The notes under the pieces are model-generated. The model made no database searches. It was not told the origin of the DNA and worked only from the letters and a program-made list of their open reading frames with translations. Of a DNA stretch of 64,000 nt, positions 1 through 9,168 are shown piece by piece (within the stretch, counting starts at the first letter, position 1; each line of letters opens with the position of its first letter). This DNA is from a bacterium (GTDB lineage Bacteria; Hinthialibacterota; Hinthialibacteria; Hinthialibacterales; Hinthialibacteraceae), in contig CAXXMV010000006.1 in NCBI GenBank assembly GCA_963662285.2, positions 160,001-224,000 on the forward strand. Direction: 5' to 3'. Made by a program: the position numbers and the translations under genes.

Positions 1-1986
1 TTTAATTTAGAATTAATTTATTTGTCCTGTAGCGGCAATGAACTCAATGAATTGAATATCACCAACAATACTAACTTGATACATTTATACTGCCGCAACA
101 ATAATTTGTCGGAATTAGATGTCAGCAAGAATCCAAGTTTATGGCGTATCAACTGCTATCGTAACTTGATAAGTGAATTAGATGTCAGAAACAATCCAAA
201 TTTGATTTATTTGTATTGTTATGACAATAAAATTGAGGAATTGGATTTAACTAATAACACGAAATTAAGGTATTTATATTGCTCGAATAACAAAATAAAT
301 TCACTAAATGTTTCGAATAGCCCTAGCCTTATGAATCTTCTCTGCGGCTACAACAACTTGAAGGAATTGGATGTTAGCCAAAATCCATTATTAACTTTAT
401 TGTCTTGTCACAACAACAAATTGACGGAACTGGATACTCGCAGTAATCCTGCGTTGACTTTGTTTCATTGCTACAAAAACAATATTGAAAATTTAGATAT
501 TTCCAAGAATAAAAATCTTGAATATCTGTATTGTTATTATAACAAATTGGAAACACTGGATCCAACACATAATCCAGAATTAATTCATCTATATTGTTAT
601 TGGAACGAATTGGAAAGTTTGGATGTTTCCAAGAATACTAAACTAGTGCGTCTTTGGTGCGGCAGTAATGACCTGACCGCTCTAGATCTTACTCAGAATT
701 CAAATTTGAAAAGCGTACGCACTCATTACAATCAGATGACGGTTTTTCCTTTGCTTCCATTGGAAAATAATTTGATTGAATTACTTATAACATACAATCT
801 ACTCGAATGCGATGACGCACCGTCTATTCTGGATGCCGTAGACATTTTAGGTGCAGGATTGACTTATCTACCGCAACGTGATGAACACGCTCTTGATTGC
901 AATGGACCCATTATCTCGGGCGTTCAAGATGTCAATCTGACGCTTGATCCCGACTCCGAGCAAACGGCGGTTCCTCTTGCGATTACGGTCATGGATGATA
1001 GTGGTGAAGTAAATGTTCGAACGGATTTTTATTATGCTGATGGGACGGTGTTTTCAAAACCATCGCTGCCTGACGCTATCGAATATTTTCCCGCTGGAGC
1101 AAATCTTGTTAAGATCACAGCCACGGATTTAGCTGGAAATAAAGCCGAAGCGCAATTTCAAGTAATTATCGCAGCATTAGAATGGCAAACGGAATTTCCC
1201 AAGGATGGATGGGCGACGATTGTTTTTGAAGATAATCAAGGAGACAAGGATTACAATGATTTCATAGTATCGATGAAGGCTATAGAAACATACAACAATA
1301 TCAATGAACTAACCAATATCACGCTTAAATTCATCCCGCTGGCGCGTGGAACGAATTGGGAATCCATGTTCAAACTCATCTTGGACGGCGTTGTAGATGA
1401 TTCGCGCAATATTACAACAAACACAAGCGCCGTATTTAAAGGTGATGCGGAGATTATAGTAAATCTTTATGATGCGGATCAGAATCTTATTGATAGTACG
1501 TCCTACGATAAAGAACAAGACTTGATTATTTTCGATGATACTAGTCAAGCGCTGCCTTCTACACAGAAATACGGTCAAACGGTAAATACCGATACGAAAG
1601 AGACTTATATTGAGCCAGCGCAAACTGCGGAAGTTATAATCACGATCCATGAACCATCTCTAAACCGTTACGAAGATCGCAGCGATCCAGGTATTCCTCC
1701 ATACAGGCCGGTGCTTAATGTCAAGAAAAATGATATTGATGTTATCAATGTCAATCGGGATGATGAAATGATGAACAAGCAGAACTATCCTCTTGGAATC
1801 GTCATCCCTAAAGATTGGGCATGGCCTTTAGAAAACAAAAAAATTGATGACACATATCCATTCTTTGAGAAATACCGCGAATGGCTGGGCGGCGATGCGC
1901 TATTGACGGATGAAGCGAAATATTGGTATAACTTCCCATCTGATGATGCCGAAGGGGATATATTTGACCTTGATCTGTTTGAATAA
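1..1986 (+). CDS. LRR protein with an Ig/HYR-like middle region and C-terminal LruC/DUF4842-like domain (5' end outside the window)
   Basis: About 12 repeats of 21 aa (LxxLxCxxNxLxxLDxSxN). The frame is open back to base 1 (FNLELIYLSC). ITATDLAGN is Ig/HYR-like. FEDNQGDKDYNDFIV and PLGIVIPKDWAWPLE are LruC-type motifs. Confidence 0.75.
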   Translation, partial: FNLELIYLSCSGNELNELNITNNTNLIHLYCRNNNLSELDVSKNPSLWRINCYRNLISELDVRNNPNLIYLYCYDNKIEELDLTNNTKLRYLYCSNNKINSLNVSNSPSLMNLLCGYNNLKELDVSQNPLLTLLSCHNNKLTELDTRSNPALTLFHCYKNNIENLDISKNKNLEYLYCYYNKLETLDPTHNPELIHLYCYWNELESLDVSKNTKLVRLWCGSNDLTALDLTQNSNLKSVRTHYNQMTVFPLLPLENNLIELLITYNLLECDDAPSILDAVDILGAGLTYLPQRDEHALDCNGPIISGVQDVNLTLDPDSEQTAVPLAITVMDDSGEVNVRTDFYYADGTVFSKPSLPDAIEYFPAGANLVKITATDLAGNKAEAQFQVIIAALEWQTEFPKDGWATIVFEDNQGDKDYNDFIVSMKAIETYNNINELTNITLKFIPLARGTNWESMFKLILDGVVDDSRNITTNTSAVFKGDAEIIVNLYDADQNLIDSTSYDKEQDLIIFDDTSQALPSTQKYGQTVNTDTKETYIEPAQTAEVIITIHEPSLNRYEDRSDPGIPPYRPVLNVKKNDIDVINVNRDDEMMNKQNYPLGIVIPKDWAWPLENKKIDDTYPFFEKYREWLGGDALLTDEAKYWYNFPSDDAEGDIFDLDLFE

Positions 1987-2131
1987 AACACTCTAATTTA
2001 GACAACGATGAAACGGTAAAAAGTCAAAACTGTTTTTTTGACCACAATGCTTAGTGGATATTCATAAGACATATATACAAGATGTAGTTTTAGTTTCGTC
2101 TTTCATCCACTTTTTGCCGACTTATCAGATA

Positions 2132-2206
2132 ATCGAGTAGGGGGAATTGACTAACGTCTCCCCCTCTCGCACCACTGGTCATACCTGCCCGGCGCCCAGG
2201 AGGTTT
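2132..2206 (-). mobile_element. Group II intron 3'-end remnant (degenerate domain V plus intact domain VI), IIC-like
   Basis: The minus strand reads AACCTCCTGG..CCAGTGGTGCGAGAGGGGGAGACGTTAGTCAATTCCCCCTACTCGAT. The DVI stem GAG-AGGGGGA pairs with TCCCCCT-[A]-CTC, placing a bulged A 7 nt from an AT terminus. No reverse transcriptase ORF is nearby. Confidence 0.7.
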
Positions 2207-2256
2207 TTCTTGATTTTTAACAACAAATTCTACTCCTAAAAACTATGTCCCAGCGC

Positions 2257-3771
2257 TCATGGACGGGTCTCAGAATCCGGGATGCGGCCCCGGCTCCACT
2301 TTTGCAATCTTTCCAGTCTCATAGTCCCCTGCTCGTAATAAGCCGCGTTAAGAGATGATAAATGAGTTAGGCGCAGTTCATCCAGTGATTTGCGCCAATT
2401 ATCCTGAGGATTAACCAGTTTCATCTTCTGCATGGCGTCTAACAGAGAGTCGGCGATAAGTTGATGACCGGAGATGTTGGGATGTACATGATCCAATAAC
2501 CATTCGTTCCCCGGAATTTTATCGTCGGTTTGATTTTCAATAAGTGTTTGTATATCCACCAGTTCAACCTCTAAATGCTCTGCGGTTTCAAGAATTATTT
2601 GGTGCATTGGTTCTAAAATCCTTAGTGGACAGATGTCCTCGTCTTTGGACAAAACAAACCATCTTTTAGCCTCAGAGAAACGCCCCAGGCTTTGGAAGCA
2701 TTTGCCGATAATGTAGAGACTTCGGGCATGCCGCCGGTCTAAGGCGATAGCCTGCTCCATCAGTTTGATTTTATTATAAGCGTTTGACCAGGGAATTTCA
2801 CGGGATTGGCGCCAAAGAGATTTTATTTGTTCTATATGCTGTTGAGATAAATTAGCGCTGAATACAGACTTGAATGGTGGACTGTCTTTTAGGTTCGCAA
2901 CTGGATTGAGGAGAATGATGGGAATCCCGGCGTTTTGAGCAAGTAAGATCATGGTTTCCAGGTTGCGGCGAAAATGCCTGATGGTTTCCATGCGTCGTTT
3001 GTCATCACGATGGTATGATTTTAATCCATTCTGTAAATCAAGCGTTGCTTGTACTTCTGTCGGTAAAGGCTTCTTTGATACATCTGACCGGGCGATTTTT
3101 TTTGAGCGAAGTTTATATATATACTTATGTATCTGAGAATAAGAACGTAGTTTGAGTAATATCTGATGAAGCCGGATTATAACTTGCGGCAGCCGCTTTA
3201 CATTGTGATATGATCGGTCTTCCAGAAATTCGTTATGCCCGGTATAGATGATGAATAAATCAGGCTTATGTTTCAGCAATTCCCGCATAATGGGGATAAG
3301 TCTATAACTGGCGTAGGATATCCCGCCGCAGTTGATCACCTCGTAATCGGTTTGGGGTTGCGCTGTTTGTAAGTTTAACTTGAGCCAGGCAGAGAATGAT
3401 GTCTCTACCGAGTATGGGCGTCCCTGAACCGTTGAACCGCCCAGGCAGAATATGCGGAACTTATCCGCTTCCTTATCAACCGTAAATGATTGCGGTCGGA
3501 AGAAATCTAATCGATTAGGGGCAGTTTCATAATGGGTTCCGGTTGCATTAAGAACGAAAAGAGGCCGTAAACTTTTGAAGGATACATAGGGATCATCAAA
3601 CTCAGCCGGTATTGATGATGTGCATAGTCTTAATCCAATTTCAATGGCAATGAGCGGCAAGAGAACAATACCCAAAGCGGTAAGGTAAAATATGGTTATG
3701 CGTAAACGGCTTATTCTTTTTGTGGTTCTGGCTTGACTTTGATCTGGCATGATCAACTCTCTACGCATCAC
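2257..3771 (-). CDS. Membrane-anchored SGNH/GDSL-family hydrolase with a TPR-like insert
   Basis: N-terminal TM helix. SGNH blocks CLGGSTVQG, INCGGISYAS, YTGHNEF and LDHVHPNISGH. Helical TPR-like segment (ARSLYIIGKCF). Confidence 0.75.
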   Translation of the reverse strand: MMRRELIMPDQSQARTTKRISRLRITIFYLTALGIVLLPLIAIEIGLRLCTSSIPAEFDDPYVSFKSLRPLFVLNATGTHYETAPNRLDFFRPQSFTVDKEADKFRIFCLGGSTVQGRPYSVETSFSAWLKLNLQTAQPQTDYEVINCGGISYASYRLIPIMRELLKHKPDLFIIYTGHNEFLEDRSYHNVKRLPQVIIRLHQILLKLRSYSQIHKYIYKLRSKKIARSDVSKKPLPTEVQATLDLQNGLKSYHRDDKRRMETIRHFRRNLETMILLAQNAGIPIILLNPVANLKDSPPFKSVFSANLSQQHIEQIKSLWRQSREIPWSNAYNKIKLMEQAIALDRRHARSLYIIGKCFQSLGRFSEAKRWFVLSKDEDICPLRILEPMHQIILETAEHLEVELVDIQTLIENQTDDKIPGNEWLLDHVHPNISGHQLIADSLLDAMQKMKLVNPQDNWRKSLDELRLTHLSSLNAAYYEQGTMRLERLQKWSRGRIPDSETRP

Positions 3772-5050
3772 TATTCTCTAATGTCTCTTTGATAAAACAG
3801 GATGCTATCAATGCCAGAACTGCGGCGGCGATAAACAGTTGAAAGGCGCAGCCATAGGCTTCCGCTGAATACCCTGATGCTTGTTTGCCCGATGCATCCA
3901 GGGTGAATCCAATAATCGGTTGCATGATGGCGCCGCCCAGAAAAGGAAAAAGATTGACCAGACCCATCGCTGTTCCGGCAATCTCCACCGGGAACGATTC
4001 TTTGGATGCGGCGAATGCTACTACGACTACTGCGCATCCAAAAAAACCAAAGAGAAATGTCCATACATACAGTAAAGGTATATTGAATTTTGCGGGAAAT
4101 ACTGCCAGTGGAATCAATAATAGCAACATACAGGCGGACGAGAGAATGAGCGCTTTTTTACGCGAATGGAATACTTTGTCTGAGAGAAGACTGCAAATCG
4201 GGCTGCCGATAATCATGGCAATTGCGGACATATTCAAGATGTTTCCCGCTTGAGATTTACTTAACTGATAGGTTTCCATTAAATACGGGCCGCCCCATAA
4301 TCCGCAAAAACTGAAAAATATACTAAAAGTAAAGAAGAACCACATTGCTAATGGCCAGAAATGAGCCGACACAATTACGCTTTTCATGCCTTGCCATAAA
4401 CCGATCCCCATATCAGGTTGGCTGCCTACTGTTGCTTTGTATACTGCTGCATAGCCCAACTCTTCAGGCGTGTTGCGCACAAAAATCCATATCGCGCCTG
4501 ATGATATCAGAGTCAATATTCCAATAACAATAAAACTACCCCGCCAGCCGATCCACGAACTCAGGTAAGCTAATGGCGATGCGGCGATGAGCGCTCCAAT
4601 GCCGCCAATGGCGATTAAAATACCTGTCATCAATGAAAATTCGTCTTTCGTAAACCAACAGGTGAGGATTTTTATGATGGGTACAAAGAGCATGGCAACG
4701 CCGATTCCAACCATAACTCTGGCTAAAATCGCCCAACTGGCGGTCGGCGCCAAACCCAGACCAATGGAAGCGATTCCGGCCAGGATAAAGAATATGGTTA
4801 TGGTTTTTCGGGGGCCCCATGAGTCGGATAATAAACCCGATGGAATCTGCATTAACGCGTAAGGATAAAAATATGCCGAAGCCAACAGACCGATTATGCC
4901 GCCTCCGGCCTTAAGATCATTCATTAAATCTAATGCGACAACCGCCGGACAGAGGCGGTGGAAAAAGACCAACAAATAGCCGATGCCCAGCAAAGCAAAA
5001 ATAATCCATCGGTAAAAGCCGGGTTTGATATGCGATGGTTGATCATTCAT
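3761..5050 (-). CDS. MFS transporter (OPA/sugar-phosphate permease-like)
   Basis: About 12 hydrophobic helices and MFS motif A (GLLSDSWGPRK). Overlaps the SGNH gene, so probably an operon. Confidence 0.85.
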   Translation of the reverse strand: MNDQPSHIKPGFYRWIIFALLGIGYLLVFFHRLCPAVVALDLMNDLKAGGGIIGLLASAYFYPYALMQIPSGLLSDSWGPRKTITIFFILAGIASIGLGLAPTASWAILARVMVGIGVAMLFVPIIKILTCWFTKDEFSLMTGILIAIGGIGALIAASPLAYLSSWIGWRGSFIVIGILTLISSGAIWIFVRNTPEELGYAAVYKATVGSQPDMGIGLWQGMKSVIVSAHFWPLAMWFFFTFSIFFSFCGLWGGPYLMETYQLSKSQAGNILNMSAIAMIIGSPICSLLSDKVFHSRKKALILSSACMLLLLIPLAVFPAKFNIPLLYVWTFLFGFFGCAVVVVAFAASKESFPVEIAGTAMGLVNLFPFLGGAIMQPIIGFTLDASGKQASGYSAEAYGCAFQLFIAAAVLALIASCFIKETLENSDA

Positions 5051-5164
5051 AAAGAATTCCTTGTACGTACTGGTGATGATAAGTTATAGTATCAAATCAA
5101 CGGTGGTATGAACAGATGAGCGGACAAGGCTTTTTTTGCGGGGAGCCATGGGCATGACAAAATC

Positions 5165-5213
5165 AGCGTGTAAGGTGGGCTAAAAGCCGCAAAGCGGCGT
5201 GTAGCCCACCAAA
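5165..5213 (+). repeat. REP-like palindrome, family A (GGTGGGCTA...TAGCCCACC), copy 1
   Basis: Outer stem GGTGGGCTA/TAGCCCACC with inner hairpin GCCGC-AAA-GCGGC. Further copies at 15271 and 17904. Confidence 0.8.
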
Positions 5214-5220
5214 TTTTAAC

Positions 5221-6486
5221 TTACTCGTGACGCAGCGCTTCGATAGGATCAAGATTGGACGCTCTGATGGCTGGATATATCCCGAAGATGATCCCTACTC
5301 CCATACTGATTCCTAGAGAGAGAATCAAACTATATGTGCTGACCACGGTGGGCATGCCCGCCAGCAGAGTAATGACAAAGGGAATAAGCAATCCGATCCC
5401 CATGCCGATCAAACCGCCGGTGGTGGACAGAACAACGGTTTCTATCAAAAACTGAATTACGATCTGTTTCTTCTTGGCGCCGATGGCCCGGCGGATGCCG
5501 ATTTCACGGGTTCGTTCCGTGACTGAAGCCAGCATAATGTTCATGATTCCAATGCCGCCGACCAGCAGGCTGATGCCCGCAATTGATCCGAGCACGATAT
5601 TAAAGGTTCTCTTGGTCGCTTCGGCCTGCCGTAAAAGAGCTAATGGGATACTGATCCGGTAATCTTCTTTTTTATGAAAACGCTTCAACATCGCTTCTAT
5701 ACCTGCTGCGGTTTTTTCAACATTGTCTATTGAATCTACCTGAACGATGATTTGATGCAATTCTACTCTTTCACGGATTTGAGAACCAGCCACGCTTTTA
5801 GCGAATATATCACCATAACGTTCCCGAGCTACATTGATGGGTATGTAAGCGTCGATTTCCTGATCCGGCGTTTGAATATCTCCGCCAATGGATCCGACAT
5901 TTTTAACAATGCCGATTACTTCAAAATATTCAACACCAATGCGCAAGGTCTGACCGATGGTGTTTTTGGTGGCCAGTAATTTTCTTACGCCATGTTCAGT
6001 CAGCACTACCACATTGGCATGTTCATCAAAATCTCTCTGTAATAACAGCCGACCGCTGAGGACCGGACGTTGTACTAAATCGAACCAGTTCGGCGTTGTG
6101 CCGACCACGCGCAACTCCAAAGAACGTTCACCCAATCTGGCTTGTTTACGTACTTCTTTGACGGGCACAGTATTAGTTATGCTGGGGAAACTTTCCGCCA
6201 GTCTTAACTCATCTTCATAAGTTAAACCGTATATGCTCATCATGATTCGCGTATTGGTGGCTGATTCCTCTTCAATCGATTTTGATGAGGTAATTAGTAT
6301 ATTCTGGCTGCCCAGTTTGCGGATTCGGTCCAGCGCTTCCTTGCTGGCGCCTTCACCAACCGCCAGCATGGCGATAACGCTTCCCACGCCAAACACCACG
6401 CCCAGCATAGTCAGAAAGGTACGCAGTTTATGCAGTAGAAGATTCTTGATGCCTAAATTGACTTCCCGTATATATTTATCTAACAA
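5221..6486 (-). CDS. MacB-like ABC permease (MacB_PCD + FtsX)
   Basis: RTFLTMLGVVFGVGSVIAM and GGIGIMNIMLASVTERTREIGIRRAIGA; ends DPIEALRHE. Confidence 0.92.
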   Translation of the reverse strand: MLDKYIREVNLGIKNLLLHKLRTFLTMLGVVFGVGSVIAMLAVGEGASKEALDRIRKLGSQNILITSSKSIEEESATNTRIMMSIYGLTYEDELRLAESFPSITNTVPVKEVRKQARLGERSLELRVVGTTPNWFDLVQRPVLSGRLLLQRDFDEHANVVVLTEHGVRKLLATKNTIGQTLRIGVEYFEVIGIVKNVGSIGGDIQTPDQEIDAYIPINVARERYGDIFAKSVAGSQIRERVELHQIIVQVDSIDNVEKTAAGIEAMLKRFHKKEDYRISIPLALLRQAEATKRTFNIVLGSIAGISLLVGGIGIMNIMLASVTERTREIGIRRAIGAKKKQIVIQFLIETVVLSTTGGLIGMGIGLLIPFVITLLAGMPTVVSTYSLILSLGISMGVGIIFGIYPAIRASNLDPIEALRHE

Positions 6487-6560
6487 GATGGTTGCCTACT
6501 TTCAATACGTGTTATAACTTATTTTTTATGTAAAGGCGATTAATAGCGTTATTGATTTGC

Positions 6561-6588
6561 TTACTTACTTACTTACTTACTTACTTAC
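6561..6588. repeat. (TTAC)7 tetranucleotide microsatellite overlapping the ABC ATPase stop codon
   Basis: Seven exact TTAC units. On the minus strand, (GTAA)n supplies the TAA stop of 6581..7288. Confidence 0.95.
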
Positions 6589-7288
6589 TGTCAATTCGTT
6601 CGATGACGCCGTCCTTCATAAAAAGTTTATGGTTGGCGTAATTGGCTAATTCTAATTCATGGGTGACCATAATGATGGTTTTGCCTTGCTCATTGAGTTC
6701 TACCAGCATATTCATGATCTCTGCGCCGGTGGATGAATCCAGGTTGCCGGTGGGTTCATCCGCCAAAAGAATAGAGGGATCATTGGCCAGGGCGCGGGCT
6801 ACCGCCACGCGTTGCTGTTGACCGCCGGATAATTCAGTCGGCCTATGATCCAGTCTATCTTCCAAGCCGACTTTCCGGGCCAATTCGCGGGCGCGTTCGG
6901 CGCTATCGATTGGATCCCAGCCCAAATAGTACAGAGGAAGTTGAATATTCTCTTCAACCGTGGATTGGGGAATCAAGTTGAAACTCTGGAAAATAAAACC
7001 CAGATGCCTAAGCCGCATATCACTTAAGCGGTCATCATCTAATGTACTGACATCATGACCGCTTAAGGTGTACGTGCCCGCAGAGGGACGATCCAGGCAT
7101 CCAAGCAGATTCAGCATAGTACTTTTTCCTGAACCGCTCTGACCCAGTATGGCCCAGAAACTGCCTGTCTCAAACTTAACGGATACGCCAGCCAGCGCGT
7201 TTACTGTTTGTGAACCCATCTTATAGATTTTATGCACATCTTCCAGTTGGGCTGCTATGCCATTTGAGGATTGAGCGTTCATAGTCAC
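6581..7288 (-). CDS. ABC transporter ATP-binding protein (MacB/LolD type)
   Basis: Walker A GQSGSGKST, signature LSGGQQQRVA, Walker B LLADEPTGNLD, H-loop VTHE. Confidence 0.95.
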   Translation of the reverse strand: MTMNAQSSNGIAAQLEDVHKIYKMGSQTVNALAGVSVKFETGSFWAILGQSGSGKSTMLNLLGCLDRPSAGTYTLSGHDVSTLDDDRLSDMRLRHLGFIFQSFNLIPQSTVEENIQLPLYYLGWDPIDSAERARELARKVGLEDRLDHRPTELSGGQQQRVAVARALANDPSILLADEPTGNLDSSTGAEIMNMLVELNEQGKTIIMVTHELELANYANHKLFMKDGVIERIDSK

Positions 7289-7290
7289 TA

Positions 7291-9168
7291 TTATTCCTGA
7301 CCGCCTCTCCTGGGTTGTCTTTCTCCACCTTGTCCCTGTTGATCTCTTTGTCCGCCTTGCCTCTGCCGACCTTGTCCTTGACCTTGACCGCCGCCGCGTT
7401 GGAAACGCTGTTGCATTTGCTCGCGTTGTTCGGGAGTCATACTTTCGAAGCGCTTGCGCATTTCTTCTCTTTGTTCGGGAGTCATAGTCCTTCTACCGCC
7501 TGGTTGTCCACCTTCGCCTGGAGCACCCATGGCAGGAGCACCTGTGGCGGGAACACCCTGTGCAGGCCGGGTTTCCGTTCTGGCGTTAACCTCAGGAGGA
7601 TTCAGATTCATATTATCTTTGGAATCCTGTATGATATTTTTAATGTCAGTCGCTTCATTAAAGCGTTTTTCATCCGATACTTCAGCGGCGGATAGCGGTG
7701 GAGTTAAGAGAACCACTTCACCTTTGGTAAGACCGCTTTTTATTTGAGCGAGTCGATTATTATCCGGTCCCAGGTCGATGGTCCGCGGTTCCCAATCATT
7801 TCCTTTGGCGACAAATACTGTTGGTTTGTTGCCGATGCGTAATATGGCTTGAACCGGTACGTAAACCGCATCATCGAAATAATCCACGATTATTTCGGCC
7901 TGGCATCCCATGCCGCTGCGCATGTCGTCTCCATTGCCGTCAATCAGAATCTCGGTGTCATAGACTTTTAGATCGGGATTCATGAAGATGCTTTGCGCAT
8001 TAGGTAATGGAGCGATGGTTGCAATTTTGCCAGTGAAGGATTTTCCTGGTATAGCGTCAATTGTTATACGGACCGGCAGTCCGAGCCGGATTTTCTCCAG
8101 ACTGGATTCCTGCACTTTAACTTTGGCCATATATGCAGCTGTGGTGGGGAGGTGGATAAGTTCCTGCCGTTCGCGCACGTTTTGTCCTTCTTCCAGCGGT
8201 TCGTTATTTCCCCGGAAGCTCATCTGGACGCTGGTGGCGTAAACCACCAGACCATCCATCGGCGCATAAATCTTGGCCTTGGCGATCTGGTTGACCAGTT
8301 TATCTAATTTATTTTTTTGTTGTTCGAATTCAGAAAGTTTGGCTTGTAGTTCAGCAGTGGCCTGGACAATATTGGCGTTGGCCTGCCGCTTGGTGCGTTC
8401 TAGAGCCATTTCGAATTGATTAACGTCGCTGAGCAACTGGGCGATTTCTCTTTTGTAGGTATATCCCTCCAGCAACTCAAGATCAGTTTTGGCTATATCC
8501 AGTTGCCCGGTAATACGGAAGGCAGAAAGTTCATCGTTCTGCAATTCGGTTTGAGAAATATATTTCTCTTTATATAGTATTTGCGACCATTTTACTTTCT
8601 CATTCGCTAAGTTAAGTTCTTCCTGGCGCTGAGAAATCTGATTGAGGGCTTCTTTTTTAAGTTTGGGGAATTCGCCTTCCTCATATTTTTTCAAATCCTG
8701 TTTAGCGAATTCATAGGTTAATTCGGCTTGTTCGATATCACTTTTGGCCAGGCTTTCAGTAATCGCCAGATTCTCCCGTGCGTTAATATAAGCCGCTTCG
8801 GCGTTCTGTACTTTGATTTCCTGTTCAACTTTTTGATCGACCAGAGAACTGGCGTCCAGTTCTACCAGCAGTTCGTCTTTTTTGGCTTTGGTTCCTTCGG
8901 GAATCAAATAAAGGATGGTGCTGGAACCTTCCAACTCGCTTTTGATAATTACTTTGTTACGCGCCTGGATAGTACCTGAAACTGCAATACTGACGGTTAA
9001 TGGGCCTTGTTGAACTTCATAAGTCGGTTGATCGTTTAGTGGATCATCATTAAGCCGGTTGTTGATGGTTGCATAACTAATTCCGGCAATGGCGATGCAG
9101 ACAATGACGAACCATACTGACCAGCGACTCAATAAACCTTTTTTTGCTTTCTTGGGAATTGCATTCAT
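7291..9168 (-). CDS. Periplasmic adaptor (MacA/HlyD-type membrane fusion protein) with a long coiled coil and Q/G/R-rich tail
   Basis: N-terminal TM, lipoyl half-motifs (IPEGTKAKKDELLVELD and IYAPMDGLV), and a VPVQAI motif. The likely ATG at 9168 overlaps the TolC stop (ATGA). Confidence 0.85.
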   Translation of the reverse strand: MNAIPKKAKKGLLSRWSVWFVIVCIAIAGISYATINNRLNDDPLNDQPTYEVQQGPLTVSIAVSGTIQARNKVIIKSELEGSSTILYLIPEGTKAKKDELLVELDASSLVDQKVEQEIKVQNAEAAYINARENLAITESLAKSDIEQAELTYEFAKQDLKKYEEGEFPKLKKEALNQISQRQEELNLANEKVKWSQILYKEKYISQTELQNDELSAFRITGQLDIAKTDLELLEGYTYKREIAQLLSDVNQFEMALERTKRQANANIVQATAELQAKLSEFEQQKNKLDKLVNQIAKAKIYAPMDGLVVYATSVQMSFRGNNEPLEEGQNVRERQELIHLPTTAAYMAKVKVQESSLEKIRLGLPVRITIDAIPGKSFTGKIATIAPLPNAQSIFMNPDLKVYDTEILIDGNGDDMRSGMGCQAEIIVDYFDDAVYVPVQAILRIGNKPTVFVAKGNDWEPRTIDLGPDNNRLAQIKSGLTKGEVVLLTPPLSAAEVSDEKRFNEATDIKNIIQDSKDNMNLNPPEVNARTETRPAQGVPATGAPAMGAPGEGGQPGGRRTMTPEQREEMRKRFESMTPEQREQMQQRFQRGGGQGQGQGRQRQGGQRDQQGQGGERQPRRGGQE

